Assembly: GCA_965644295.1 (NCBI GenBank)
Contig: CBFFRP010000296.1
Location: forward strand, 124,001-188,000
DNA: 64,000 bases
Direction of reading: 5' to 3'
Source of the DNA: Paraphysomonas bandaiensis
Lineage: Eukaryota; Protista; Chrysophyceae
Every line of letters begins with the position of its first letter. Within the stretch, counting starts at the first letter, position 1. The notes under the pieces were generated by a model. It was given only the letters and a program-made list of their open reading frames with translations, was not told where the DNA came from and did not search any database. This document shows positions 39,823-54,574 of the stretch, piece after piece. Made by a program: the position numbers and the translations under genes.

Positions 39823-40649
39823 CATACATACATACATACATACATACATACATACATACATACATACATACATACATACATACATACATACATACATACA
39901 TACATACATACATACATACATACATACATACATACATACATACATACATACATACATACATACATACATACATACATACATACATACATACATACATACA
40001 TACATACATACATACATACATACATACATACATACATACATACATACATACATACATACATACATACATACATACATACATACATACATACATACATACA
40101 TACATACATACATACATACATACATACATACATACATACATACATACATACATACATACATACATACATACATACATACATACATACATACATACATACA
40201 TACATACATACATACATACATACATACATACATACATACATACATACATACATACATACATACATACATACATACATACATACATACATACATACATACA
40301 TACATACATACATACATACATACATACATACATACATACATACATACATACATACATACATACATACATACATACATACATACATACATACATACATACA
40401 TACATACATACATACATACATACATACATACATACATACATACATACATACATACATACATACATACATACATACATACATACATACATACATACATACA
40501 TACATACATACATACATACATACATACATACATACATACATACATACATACATACATACATACATACATACATACATACATACATACATACATACATACA
40601 TACATACATACATACATACATACATACATACATACATACATACATACAT
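39823..40649. repeat. ~830 bp perfect (CATA)n array in the divergent GT61/FUN14 gap
   Basis: Direct reading. Confidence 0.99.
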
Positions 40650-40708
40650 CATTGTTCAGTACTTTGTTCGTGAAGCTATTCATTGAGTGGAATACGTTGT
40701 CTGATAGC

Positions 40709-41437
40709 ATGTCCAGCATTCTTATTGGCGTTAGGAGGGGTATTATCACTCCTCGGTTGTTCGTTAGTCGAGTTGCATCGCGGAACCAATCAGTTATCAG
40801 TGTCGGGACATCTCAATGTCGGTCTGCTGTTAAGTCCAGAGCAACCATGATGAGAGGGGGATTGGGAATAGTTGCTTTCGGGTTAGGTGCTCAGTTGTTG
40901 TGTTCTGGTTACTCGGAGTGTGCATCCGGCTCCGGTATGCCTCCTGAAGGTCCGCTGAGGGATATTAAGTACTTTGCTGAGCGTATTGTGAATGCGTATG
41001 CTGAGAATATTAATCAGCTAGGATTTAGTGGCGTTGTTGGTGTTTGTGCGGGTTTTGCACTTAAGAGAGTAAGCCAGGAGGCTGCTGTTGCTATAGGTTC
41101 TGTCTTTATTCTCCTCCAGGTAGACATGAGTTTTGTTGACGTTGATATATACTCATCCCGGCTTATGCATATAAGGGTCTAAGCTACATGGGCTACATTA
41201 ACATTAATTACAAGAAAATATCTGATGATGTGACAACAGTAAGTAGTTCCCACGTGAATTTCCTTTGTAACGTGTGTTATCTGTATTCAGAAACTTGATG
41301 TCAATCGGGATGGTAAGCTATCTGCAGATGATGTTAAAGCTGCGTGGAGTAAAACTAGCGATATGCTATCGATTGGCTTGCCGAATGCCACTGGCTTTGC
41401 TGGAGGATTTGCACTTGGATTTTATCTTGGAAACTAG
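40709..41437 (+). CDS. FUN14-domain mitochondrial membrane protein, 2 introns
   Basis: GFSGVVGVCAGFALKRV..AAVAIGSVFILLQ|GLSYMGYININY..LDVNRDGKL..GFAGGFALGF. Confidence 0.88.
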
Positions 41438-41644
41438 TTTTCCTATAGGAATAGAATATCAGCATTAGACATTTTGGATGGGTAAACAGTACTACATAGT
41501 ACAGTTTACAACATGATTCATGTACTACAGTTTTCGACTACTGTATTCTTAAACTAACGGTCATAATTCGAATGTCTTAAATTTAGCCTTTAATTGCTTA
41601 CAAATAAGCAAAACTCAACATACAATTGTAATATAGTTATATCC

Positions 41645-42452
41645 CAGGGCTAGGAAACAATATATTGCAATACTATTGTTAGATAGCGTTCCATCAATAG
41701 TATTGATGGGGATTTTAAACAGGCCCAACAATACAATTACAATATATTGCAATATATTGTCAATGTATTGCAATATATTAGTATGACTAATCAGTAAGTA
41801 AACACATCCGTAGATTCCATTTTTAGTGTTAGTCATTAAGATCACATGACAACCAAACCAACTACTGCTTATAGCTAATAAAAATCCACCTCGTCCTCAT
41901 CCTCTGAGCCATCATTGGTGAAGTCAACATCACCATATTCATCCACAGTATTAATCGAAATATGCTAGTATCCGGCCACATCTGTCGAATAGCTTTCAGA
42001 AACAACAGCATATTAAGTAGGATGGTTACTTTTGCGCAACACTGATATAATAATATTTTTAGCTGCGCTGAACAGACGTTCCCATGTATTGGAAGTACAT
42101 ACCAGGGCCTGGTAACCGTTAATGACTCGTGGACCTATACGTTTCTAATTTTTTTGAGCTGACTGAAGATTTTTATTCGCGTAGTCAACATTGAACATCA
42201 GCTTCATCATCTTTTGTAATGTTGTAATCAATTTCTCTGTTATTTATATCCATTTTTCACCCTACAGTTGAGAATCTTCTCTTATATGACTATCATCATA
42301 TTGATTGCAATATATTGCAATATATTGTGAGCTACTTTAACAGAAACAATATTGATGGGATTTTTGGCCGGTCGACCAATCAATATATTTTACAATATAT
42401 TGCAATATATTGTACAATGTATTGCAATTCAATATATTGTTTCCTAGCCCTG
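41645..42452 (-). mobile_element. 808 bp non-autonomous hAT element with a transposase remnant and a nested end of the 19073 MITE family (42102)
   Basis: TIR cagggctaggaaacaatatattg; 8 bp TSD TTATATCC on both sides; minus-strand TSNTWERLFSAAK. Confidence 0.93.
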
Positions 42453-42684
42453 TTATATCCCCATCTCGTCTAAAAAAAGATTGGGTTGTTTTGACCTGGT
42501 TGGGTTCAACAGATCGCTCATAAGATCACTGGGTAAATATAGATATTTTAGAAGAAATATTAAAGATATAATATTACAAAAGTTTGAAAAAAAACACAAT
42601 AATGAGTCCATGTTCAAAACCAGATCATCAAGCACTCCAAGTTATATTCTATCCTTTGATTTAGAAGATCATAGGAGTGTGTAG

Positions 42685-43190
42685 TGTATGCCTTATTATT
42701 GGCAATTGGCGTTTAACTGTCAGAATTATTTTAGCATTATAGCAATTTAACTGACTTGTGCTTAACTCTGATATCCTACTATTTAACGCTACGAAAGCTG
42801 CTTGTGCGTCACCGCAAGCACCAAGATACAACCCCTTTCGCTCTATCACTCAAAGCGAACATATTGAGCAAGCAGAATGTTGATATACCTGATATCTTCT
42901 AACTTTAGAATTTTTGAGGCCTTAAGGTGACCAGCTCGGTTTCTTGACTTTAGCAGGCAGTCCAATCCCCCGGATACCCTTGAGATGGGCCCATTCCCGG
43001 ACGCCAGTTTATTTTGTCAACTTAGGTCCAAAGACGTCTACACAATTTACACTTATTTGTGTTATGAGTGGGAAGAACTATATCTACTGACTATATATAT
43101 GCGGCCCACCTTAGTTTTCCGAAGAAATCTCTCCGGTACTTATGCCCCAGAACACCACGAAAGATGCGAGGTTGACCTCATTGAGGGAAG
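42685..43190 (-). mobile_element. Longest copy of repeat family R
   Basis: Links the 13065-type block and the gcttgtgcgtcaccgcaagc block in one contiguous copy. Confidence 0.75.
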
Positions 43191-43234
43191 AAGATCATAA
43201 TGATGACAGGCAAGGGCAAGCAATTCACCTTCAT

Positions 43235-43960
43235 AACCTGGACTTCGAAACAACTACAAGAATATGACTGGAGAGTTCAAGTGGTACCTCTGTAACTAAA
43301 GATGATTTGGAACAAGCAGTAATTCTCAGTTTTTTTAGTATTTAACCAGGTCGTGCTTATCAGGATTTAGTTCTTTATATCCTATACACACCGAATTCGA
43401 GTCAGTTTCTTCAGCAGTGGTTAAGCGTGACGTACTTATAAATGAGATGATGATGCCAGCAAACCAACAAGAAGCTTCATGTGACTATAAAATGTTTACA
43501 TTTCATCGTCACATCCATGTACGAATTTTAATACCTCTTCCCTCAGCGTACATGTAGCCATAGTAGATATTTAGGGATTTACTGGTGTGAATTGTTTGAT
43601 CTATCTGTACAACCTGGACTTCAAAACAACTTCAAGAATATGACTGGACGGTTCAAATGCCGCATCTGATGCAGTGGCATCCAGTCCTTTCAGGGTTTGG
43701 GTCACATCTCTTGCTTATCAGGACTATGTGCATTATATATGTCATGCACACAGCATTCGAGTCAGTTGTACTAGCAGAGCTTAAGAAGCGTGATGTAGTA
43801 CATAAATTTGATGGTGATGCCAATATAAGAACACGAAACCTTGTGCGACTACAATTCTCACATACGCCTATGTACGAATTCAATGCCTTGCAGTTGCTAT
43901 TTCTTCTCAGTATCCTTCTGTGGTAGAGGTACATTATTTGTTGTAGCTATATTATAGAAA
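43235..43960 (+). repeat. Two adjacent degenerate copies of the 19580 repeat
   Basis: aacctggacttc.aaacaact.caagaatatgactgga at 43235 and 43611. Confidence 0.75.
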
Positions 43961-44597
43961 TTTGATAATTTATTGTGTTTAGATAATATATCTACACACA
44001 AAATAAGGAACAATCTATATTGCAGAGCTATTTGTAGCTTAAAATAAATAAGTTACGAATATCAAATTTGAATGCCTATATTTGGCAAGTGCGAATATGA
44101 GCATTCTGTTGAACCAATCAGGTAAAGACAAAAAGGGGATAAGTAATTAACACCACCTCATGTGGTGTCGATATTTTCTCAGGACTATTCGTTGCTAGTG
44201 ACCACACGCCACACGAAGACATAATATATAATATCATATCCATAGTATGTCTTTGTTACAGATTGACAGGGGGAGATAGAATATAATATATATAGCAATA
44301 TATATATATCTGAGATTGAAACTAGGTTGCCACAGAAACTCCAGGTTGTATCTTTTATCCTCAGCCCCTACATTTTTATGCGATATTTTGTTGCTATCAC
44401 GCTATCGCTACATCCGACAGGGAGATGAAAATCTTCCCTTTTTCTTGCATAGTGATTCCAGGCATAGTACATAGTAGTAGAAGCAAAAAGGAATCATTTT
44501 TAAAACAATGCATTTCTAGATGCAGTCTGTAATAAACTAAGAATGCAAAGCATACTAGCAGGCCGACCATATAATATTTTCAATGACCTTCATATAT

Positions 44598-47164
44598 TTA
44601 TTCTTTAGGAATCTCCTCAGTTAGGCCTGCATGTCTTAGGAGGGCATCAGGAGTAGCATCTTTACCTCTGAAAAGTTTGTACACATCTGCCGGATGTTTC
44701 CCGCCCCCCATAGACAACACAGTGTCTCTGAACCTCTTTCCTGTTGCGCGGACGGCTTCTTCATCTCCTAATCCCGCCTCCTCAAATGCAGCGAAAGCAT
44801 CGGCTGACATAACCTCTGCCCATTTATAACTGTAATATCCGGCCGCATATCCACCTCCGAATATGTGTCCAAAAGAGCATAAGAAGCGATCTTCAGGTAA
44901 TGGGGGAACAACCGTGTAACGGGTGGCAACTTCCCGTTGCACATCAAACGGAGATTGAGTACCAGCTGCATCATATGTGGAATGCAGTTGCAGATCCATC
45001 ATACCAAAGTATAGTTGCCGAATCATCGCCATTCCCGCATGAAAGTTCTTTGCAGCTTTCACCTTCTCGAACAGGTCATCTGGAAGAGGGGCGCCGGTCT
45101 CATAGTGCTTTGCGAAGCCATACAATGTGGGCTTGTCGTAGCACCAGTTTTCCATGAATTGAGAAGGGAGCTCCACAGCATCCCACTCCACATTATTAAT
45201 ACCTATGGTATGACAAATACTATCACAATTACAATAGTGAAGTAAACTTCTTAATGTTACTAATGTACATGCACAGTATATTACATTGGGCACAGTGCAC
45301 AACATACTGCAGCATGTACTGTACAGACCTGCAGCCTCGCCGTGCTCAACTCGAGTAAGCATATGCTGAAGTCCATGTCCAAATTCTATGAAAAAATTTG
45401 CAAATTACATAAGTAAAAATGAAATCGCATATATCACGGCGGTTCATACCGTGAAAAAGAGTTTCAACCTCTCGGAAGGTCATCAACGAAGGCTTTCCAT
45501 CTACGGGAGGAGATCCATTGCATGTCAAGTATGCCACCGGGGTAGTGCCCATTACCTTGGACTTCCCTTTACATACATCCATCCAAGCCCCGCCCCGCTT
45601 TTCTGCCGGTCGTGAGTAGGCGTCCAAAAAAAATGCTGCGATCGGTTCTTCACTCTTGGATCCCGATGAGGTATCATATATTCTGAAGAAACGAACATCC
45701 TCGTGCCATGTCTGCGCCTCACCATCGGCGGACTCGATGCGAACCTGGAAGAGCCTTTCGGCCAACGAGAAGAGTCCTTTGAGGACTTCGGGAAGTGGAA
45801 AGTAAACCCTGAGTTGCTCCTCTTCAAATTGATATTGACTTTCTCGCAAACGTTCAGACCAGTAAGGTAAATCCCAAAGAGCAAGCTCGCCTTCAAAACC
45901 CTGCTCCTTGGCGAAAGCCTTGAGTGTCTCCAACTCCTTCTGGGCCGCTGGCATGGATTTCTCTCGCAGCATTTCGATGAGATTCACCACGGTTTTCACA
46001 TCCGGTGCCATCTTGGAGGCCAATGACATCTCCGCATAATTGTTATATCCCTGTACCCAGTATCGTATTAAGAATATCCACCCGCCAAACGTGTGATATT
46101 TTTTGACTCACCAGCATCTTAGCCATTGCTTTCTTCTTTCTCAGTATATCCTGGATAATAGGTGCATTGTCCGTCTCTCCCTCGGAAGCACGACTGACGA
46201 ATGCCCTGTATATTGATTCACGTATGTCCCGGTTTTTAAGATTCTGCATACAGGCGATGTAGGACGGCATATCGAGAGTGACAACCCATGGACCAGATTC
46301 AGCTGTAGCCTAACAATTAGAAAGATCAGTAATTAACATATATTTAGATTGCGAGGAAAGTATAAAGAAAAAATCCCTTTCTCTCACCTCCTTGTGACCT
46401 TCGGACACAGCTTGTTGGGCAAGCATGCTGCGGGCGGAAGGAGGTAGTCCCTCCACATCACTGGCATTGTCTAACTGTAGTTTGAATGCCTTAGTTGAGT
46501 CTAGTACATTATTATTGAATTTACTGCTTAGTTCCGAAACCTCTAGCTGAAACTGATTGAATACATTGCGCTCAGGAGCCGACAGCCCCACACCAGATTT
46601 CATCATGCTACGGATTCCACTGTCGACTATACGATGTTGGGCCTCATCTAACGAATTCCATAGTTTCTCGTTGTCTTTGATACCTTTCAATGCCTGAAAT
46701 AGTGCCTGGCTTTGGCCAATCTCTTGGTTCAGACGGACAACTGAGGGTTGCGCTTCCTCATGCGCTGTTCTGAGGTCTGGACTGTTTTTCACCCCCATCA
46801 AGTGGTTCACAACCCCCCAAGAAAACGATAACGGAGCTTGTATACGCTCTAATTCTTCGACAACAGTGGAATACTCGTGTTCATTGCCGTCTTTCAACGA
46901 CCCCTCAAGGTTAGCGAAATCCGTCTTGAGAGATGACAAACACGAGTCAATAGCAGGCTTCACGTGCTTCGGTTCAATCTCTGTTGCAAAACAATCAACT
47001 CCCACATCAACATAAACGAATTAGGTACCTTTGAACCTCGGGAGTCCCTTGAAGTCGAGCAGCGGGTTGGCTTCAGCGCTCGCTCTCACCTCTGTCGACA
47101 GGTACATAGAGCTAGATAACAGCGCCACGCCCGGCCTCACAGCACGAATGAGTTTCGATTGCAT
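44598..47164 (-). CDS. Oligopeptidase A (peptidase M3A), organellar presequence, about 5 exons
   Basis: NPLL, KRGGAWM, VETLFH|[45 protein letters not shown]. Confidence 0.95.
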
Positions 47165-47286
47165 TGATGGGAGAAATATGCAAAGCAGAAGAAATCGGAT
47201 GATAATTATCTCAAGAATGATTCCAGAGGAAATATGCGTGCAAGTAATACACGATGCAAGAACAAATACACATGACAACACTCACC

Positions 47287-47596
47287 TACATATACATACA
47301 TGCATACATACATACATACATACATACATACATACATACATACATACATACATACATACATACATACATACATACATACATACATACATACATACATACA
47401 TACATACATACATACATACATACATACATACATACATACATACATACATACATACATACATACATACATACATACATACATACATACATACATACATACA
47501 TACATACATACATACATACATACATACATACATACATACATACATACATACATACATACATACATACATACATACATACATACATACATACATACA

Positions 47597-47628
<32 letters not shown>

Positions 47629-47640
47629 CATATACATATA
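47287..47640. repeat. (CATA)n array in the divergent oligopeptidase/TPK gap
   Basis: Direct reading. Confidence 0.99.
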
Positions 47641-47922
47641 CGTATAACGACACGGCTCTGGTGTGTATGATGTCATACGTATCGGCAGTCAGCATCTTAT
47701 TTTTCGGAAATAAATTGAATCAAATATTTTCTACATTACTGAGGTACAACTACGGCTGGACTACAGATAATTGTTGTCTCAATATTTGAGGCATATTTGA
47801 ACAAAAATATACGAAGAATGCCAATACGTACTAGGAGTTGATCTGTTGTCACACTGCTTAACTACTTCTTTTCTGGTCGATTAGAGTGTGGTCAGTGTGT
47901 AAGTCGAGTTGTTGCGGTCGCA

Positions 47923-49183
47923 ATGCGTCGACAGTTATATCACCGTGTGTCTCGAGTGCTGTCTGACATCGCTCTCCCTGCTAGAGGGAGGGACGCAGAC
48001 CCCTACATACTCGAAAAGCAGAAAGAACAGAATTTCTTCTTGATGCTCTGTGTGGTCATCTTGTTTCTGTATTTTGCTATAGGTATTTGCTTTTACACTT
48101 TAGTGGATAATATTCCAGCGCTGCATGCCGTCTACTTCTGCGTAGTCACTCTCGTCACTATCGGTAAGTGCCACCTTAGTTTGGCTTTTGATGCACGAGG
48201 CTCATCTTGTTGAATCAGGTTATGGTGATGTTCTACCTCAGAGTAATGCCAGCAAGTTGTTTACGTGCTTCTTTATATTTGCTGGACTCGCCATTACCAC
48301 AAGTGCTATATCTTGGATCTTGGCATGGCTAGCAACAGAGAATGAATTAACGAGGACTCGAAAAGTTCAAGCGGCTTTAGAATGTGAAGCTAATATCATA
48401 AAAAGCTTTCGTTCTATGCCGTCCGATGTCTATAACGAAATCGAAGAGAAAGTGGACCGAGAAAACAGAGATGAGTTTCGCTCGACAATATTACAATCTA
48501 AGAGCTACGTCTACAAGATTATGTGGGATCTTTTCGTTGCCACCAGCATTATAATTCTCAACATTGGATTCGGAACACTTTTCTATGGGTATTTAATAGA
48601 CAAATACAATCTTGTTGATGCCATATACCTTGCCACCGTTACAGTTACCAGTGTGGGATATGGCGATGTTGTTCCGTCTAACAGAGATGCAATGATTTTC
48701 ACTATATTCTACGCGTTTTTTGGTACGCTGGTGACGGGGAGTGCATTAGCGGTATTTAACTCGGCTCTGAGCGTATTTTGGGTTGCCCGCGAAGAAGAAA
48801 GGGAATTTAACCGTGAGCTGAAGTGTGATCAGATTATCGCGATGGATAGAGATGGTTCGCAATCCGTGTCCCGAGATGAGTTCATATTGTACAAACTTGT
48901 TCGCCTGGGTGTTGTCGACGAAGATCTTATTAGAAAAGCAGAGGATCAATTCAATAGGTTGGATAAAGATCGGTCAGGAAATCTGACGGTGGATGATATT
49001 GTTGAATTCAGTAATATATGTGTCAGTCATAAGAAGCGTAGTATGATGCCTTTGGTATTTATGGGCAGCAGCCCAAGTGAAAATAGTTTGAAACAGAATA
49101 GTAGCACCAAAAAAGTAGTCCCAATGAAAAGTTTTAGTAACTTTCAAGAGGATAACGACAAATCCGAAAGAGAAAATGTTTAG
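47923..49183 (+). CDS. Two-pore K+ channel (TPK-like) with C-terminal EF-hands, one intron
   Basis: TIG|YGD and SVGYGD pore loops; MDRDGSQSVSRDEF and LDKDRSGNLTVDD. Confidence 0.93.
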
Positions 49184-49891
49184 TTTAGTGGGGTGTATGT
49201 GCCTAGCGATGTGATTTTGTGTAAATTTCTTAGAGTAGAGTGTGAACTGTTGGTGTAAATGGTCGATTTCTTACGTGGAGTTCAGATAAAGTATATTTTT
49301 TTGTGTAGCACTCCCTTATATTACTGTGTGAACGGAACTTAATACCTAGTAATTACCCTTCCGCAAGAAGCGTATTTTTAGTCATTGCTTGTCAATTTTA
49401 TTATTTATTATGGGATTGATCTCGTCAAAATTGTCTCTATTGGACATTAGAATGGTTAAAATTAAACAACTGAAAGTTCAATTCACTCAATAATCAATGA
49501 GTGAAATTATAATCAACAGCTAGCTCTTGTAATTAATTGGTGTTTGCTACTTTCATATTCTCTCAACTTAGAATCAATATTATCAAATCTTAGATAATAA
49601 CAATCTTACACAGTCAAAGTATTCAGTTTCTCTAACATTGTTAATACCATATCATTGGTTCATGTACTACAATTGTCTGAAACTAAGGTCATAATTCGGA
49701 CATCTTAAAATTCAGCTCATACACTCAACACACATATATAATATGCAGAAGAGTAAAGTAAAATCGAATCAACATACACAATATTCGAAGACGACAGAAA
49801 CACATCATAAATAATACACATCTCACCTGAAATCTACATTTCCAAGAACCAATAAAATGCAGACAAAAAGGAAGCTGGACACAGTGTACAG

Positions 49892-49892
<1 letters not shown>

Positions 49893-49922
<30 letters not shown>

Positions 49923-49938
49923 TGTATGTATGTATGCA
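49893..49938. repeat. Short (TATG)n tract
   Basis: About 11 units; not next to a recognised start codon. Confidence 0.95.
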
Positions 49939-50385
49939 TGTGTGTGTGTATGATAGAGATCAAATCAATTTCGAATAATACCATCATGAAGTAGTCACGA
50001 TTAGGCATGGGGCTTAGAAAAGCAGTCTTGGGATTTGAATTTGTGTATGTCTGTTCAAGATCCATCGAGTTTGCTAAGATCTTGTCAGTTTGAAATAAAT
50101 GCATTCACAACTTCAAATATCTCAGCAGCATTGTACCAAATTAGGATGGTTTGTCAGTGTCATTCAGATGGTAAGCCTCATTGTAGCCCTGGAAGGTTGA
50201 GGTTCGATAGAGAGGACACTTAAAGTCGGTGTGATAGTGAAACCTGGCAAAGTGATTATTTCACGAGGTTTCATATATGGAAAAATTTCATATAAGTACT
50301 TCATTGATTTACCAGGTTTTGGTATTACCTCGACTTCAAGTCTATGGTAATGTTAATTATAATTTAGTTGTTGTATATTATCAAT

Positions 50386-50845
50386 TATATATATTTAAAG
50401 TAATATATAGTATCTAATCATGTATGTGTGGTATGTGTATAATATATAGTAGTTACTTTGATGTGAGATTTTCTTAAATATATTAATATTATAATTTAAA
50501 AATAATTCACTAAAATATTGTATTTGATTGTTACTTTTTATATAAATCTACTGTGTGTGTACAATATATAGTAGTTGCTTTGATGTGAGATTTTCATAAA
50601 GTATAATTACAGTAGATTTATATAAAAAGTAACAATAAACTACAATAATTATTTATTATATATAATATATCGTAGTTAATTCGGTGTGAGATTTTCATAA
50701 TTTGTTATTTATATTGTTACTTTTTATATAAATCTACTGTATAATAATACTTATGAAAATCTCACATCAAAGTAACTACTATATATTATACACATACAAC
50801 ATATATATGATTAGATACTATATATTATTACTTTAAATATATATT
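50386..50845. mobile_element. AT-rich foldback/MITE-like element with ~90 bp inverted arms
   Basis: atatatagtagttactttgatgtgagattttc (left) vs gaaaatctcacatcaaagtaactactatatat (right); internal gtgagattttcataa repeats. Confidence 0.8.
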
Positions 50846-50967
50846 ATATTACTATAAATGAAACAAAGTGTTGTTTCTAGCTACTTACGGCATTAACTAC
50901 AATGTATGTGTCTTCCTAAACAAATTATCACCACCCACCACCAGCTGCTGTATGTAATAGTATGTCG

Positions 50968-51405
50968 GGTTGGCGACGACGTCTCCGGCAACTCCTCCTC
51001 TGCCCAACGCCCAAACGGTGCATGGCGACACCGCCACATTCCACCACACCATCAACCTCTCAGTCCACACATCTAGTGCTCGGTACACTCAGGACCTTAA
51101 TACAGAACCCGGTACCTCAGAGCCAGGCGGAACCGTATCCCAAGGGGAGACCCCCGGACAACACGCGCCAGTGAGTCCTCAGACACACGAGCAGGGCGAA
51201 CTCACACACAACATCAAGAACGGAAGTGGTTGCACCTTGGTGCTTGCGGCGACGCACAAGCAGCTTCTGTAGCGTTAAATAGTAGGATAATAGAATTTGT
51301 GCTGATTAGTTATGGGTAGAGGCTTACTAGTAGACTAGTATTCAACTAGCCGCTATATCGGAACGAGTTTTTAATGCCTATTGCTAAATAAAAAGACATT
51401 CAATA
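50968..51405 (+). mobile_element. Family R insertion with 13 bp TSD
   Basis: TAATAGTATGTCG at 50955-50967 and 51406-51418. Confidence 0.8.
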
Positions 51406-52206
51406 TAATAGTATGTCGACTGGTATATTGGTATGAAAAGAGGATAAAGGCCATTCCTTCGACCGGGAATAATAGGTAGAAAATTACTAATTAATGATAA
51501 TAAGATACAACTTATTGACTTTGGAAGTTGCTTGTATATAGACTGTAGTTGTAGACACTATCATTTGCATTGATAACTATTACGGAGGAGTAACCTACGG
51601 AGTCGCAATGTAGAGCTATAGTTAAGGCTATATTACTGATAGAGTGAAGAGGGTCGCGCTGAGGGATGCAGCCCACAAGGAACAAGTCAGGGCTGCAGGC
51701 ACGTTATTTGGACTTGATGAGCCAGGATTGGATACCCTGGTATTACACATCACTCATATATAACATTTAGGAAAGGCATACTTGACCACACACAAGTGGT
51801 GTACCAGCACTAGTTACATCATTAACTTTGGTCAGGGCAATATGACAGTGATATGCGAAAACTAAACTAATGGAACCAGTGCAAATGTTTATATTCAAAA
51901 AAATACATAACCACCAAGTCAACTACAATTTACAATACACGTTGCACATGATCCTTTCAACATATAGTATCCACATTCTCGCTGGAAAGCCAATCAATTA
52001 ACTCGACTGGCCGTACGTTGCATACTTTAGGACTACATATACGACGATAACGTATGAGTGAATCAGTTACAAAAATATATCGTACACAAACATAGCCAGA
52101 GCAAATCGAATCTCTAGTACGAAACTAAACACAAAGAGCGCATCAACATTACAGCAACAATGGTGTACTCTTTTCCATTTAATGATATACAGGAGCAGGT
52201 ATAAAA

Positions 52207-54257
52207 CTACCTGGTCGGTTTCTTAAATTCCTCTGAATCTTCGGTACACTTCCTATCCATTTTAGGTATCCACAGGTCCTTTACGTGGACAACTTCTCGT
52301 AACAATTTTCTTATATCTGCAGCTTTCACCTATTTACAACAGCGATATTACTATCTAGTCAAATAAAAAATACGGCACCCACCACTCGAACCTCAAAGAA
52401 AGAACACCAGCGAAGCAAAGTCGACTCCCCCTCCTTTTCACGAGGTGTGTACCCAATCGATAGGAGGAGTACAGCAATTGCTAAAAGTATACAGTATTGA
52501 AGTCACCAACATTGTCACGCATAGAGCACAATACGTTCCAACCCAACTCGACAACACACACAAGTGTGCCCGTAAAGCAGACACGAACTCACCTATTTCC
52601 ATAGGAGTATACCTAATACATAAATCCGATATCCAAAAGGCCTGTATAATATGAATCACGCCTAATGAAAGTACTGCATATGCGGAACACCACAATGCAT
52701 ATATGGTATATTTAGATGAATGTTAACATATCACACCTTATGCTTCCATATATTGTAAGCCCTGGATACGACGGCTCCATCCAATTGCAGAACACTTCCA
52801 CACTCTGACAACTGAAAGAAACCATGTCAACATATGGAAAGCAAAATGCAAAACCAGCAGGTAAAACACGAATTATTACCCACCGAGTCCAAAGGACGAG
52901 AGAATGTAAAATTAAAATCAAGACTCCTCACACACAGTCTCTCAAAAGTAGATGCTGCCTCCGATACGCCTGAAAAAACTAATTTTACAAAGCGATTGCT
53001 ATAACGCACCCACCTTCGCGGGGTCTTATTATAGGCATCTTCGGAATAACCCTAAGAACAACAAAAATATATCGTAAATTAAACATACCACATGTATCAG
53101 CATACAGTTATTCATATACGTCTATGAACGAATACATACTTAAAGAGAGCTTCCAACACATTCTTGAACCGTGGCACGGGGAATACATCAGAATGAACCT
53201 GATAGAAGAGTATTGACAAAGACGGAAAGGGTACTGCTCAAACAGCGTGATATATACTGCACCAAGTTCTAGACACGTGTAAATCATTTTCCCAGTACAG
53301 TGTGACCTACCTTGCAGGCCACACACACTGCTGCGACGGAAAGTGCAGCAATGTCATTCTCCCAATCCCACCCCAATCTTTTCATACCAGCGGTACTGTG
53401 ACGTGATTTCGCATAGCTGTAAAACTCCAATACATCTGTTTTCGCAATCGTAGAAGTAGTAGTCATTTCCTTGGCACGGTGAATAAAGGAGTGAAGAGTT
53501 TCTATGGCCGCATACTTGACGACCGAACGCAGTCTCATGGACTCACATAAATCAATGACCAATTTTGCTGCCAAGAAGGTTTGGTAGTTGTTATTAACAG
53601 AGTACTGGGTACTGATACGGTTCCGAGCAGGTGGCGAATGAGAGTCACTATGCTCAGTAGAAGTTAGATCATCGCCCACAACAGCAGTTGGGGAAGGGCT
53701 GGGAGATTTAAGGGGGGGAGGTGATGGAATAGTGAAAGCAACTGACTCTTCAATCTACAATTCGTGAAAATTATAGCACTATATTGTATCTAACATACCA
53801 TTTCTGAGGCCTTTCGCTTTCGATCAGTGGGTAATGTTTCTTTATTTTTGATTATTGCGCTGACACCTTTTGTAGAGCACCAGCCTCGATACTAGGGACT
53901 GTTATAAATACATATGTATTAGAAGTGAGCATAATCGTGTACCTTATACAGGGCCTTCAGATCTTTAGAATCCAATTCGTGAGAGTATCTGCAGCAAGAA
54001 TAAAGCTTCTGCATCACATCACTCCACTTCTGTTTCTCAATTGACGTCCTCGTGCGTACAATAGAATCTGCACACACAGCGAAAACAACAAACGCAAGAC
54101 GCGGATTGGATTCAATATCGACCCATGCGGAACATACATGAGCATAAAGAGTGCTCATTCTCTCCTCACTGTAACCGCTCATCCACTCACGGACATTATA
54201 TACGACCGCTTTAACTTGAGCAGCTGAGATTAACGCACTCAACTCCGCAGATGCCAT
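52207..54257 (-). CDS. Cyclin-fold protein (transcription-cyclin-like) with extra N-terminal helical domain, multi-exon
   Basis: LVIDLCESMRL..VKYAAIETLHSF, AAVCVACKV, SDLCIRYTPMEIAIAVL, WCSFFEVKAADI. Confidence 0.6.
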
Positions 54258-54574
54258 ATGAACAATATATATATACAAGTCCAGTAGAAGCAGAGAGAAG
54301 AGAGAGACACTCGAGTAACACAGACACAGGAATATCCACTACATTACAGTCTGCAGATGCAAGTGTTGACTAGGATTGAGGTGATTCTTGTAGCCAGGAT
54401 CTAACAATACACTCCTCTGCCTGCACACTCTACTCTATAGCGACTGTAGCAACACACGTAACGCGATCCTTCACCACTGTGCTGTACCGGTGCAGTACAA
54501 CTGATAAATACAGTAGATTTTATTGAAAAAATAGAGGTTTTCATATGTATACCATGGTATTATAGGAATATGGA

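Noticed and set aside
39823-40649. Arrays as telomeres or CRISPR
   Set aside because: Internal, 4 bp unit, no G-rich telomere motif, no spacers or cas genes
52438-52695. Apparent in-frame TGA (selenocysteine/readthrough) in the cyclin-like gene
   Set aside because: Resolved by an ordinary GT-AG intron that changes frame
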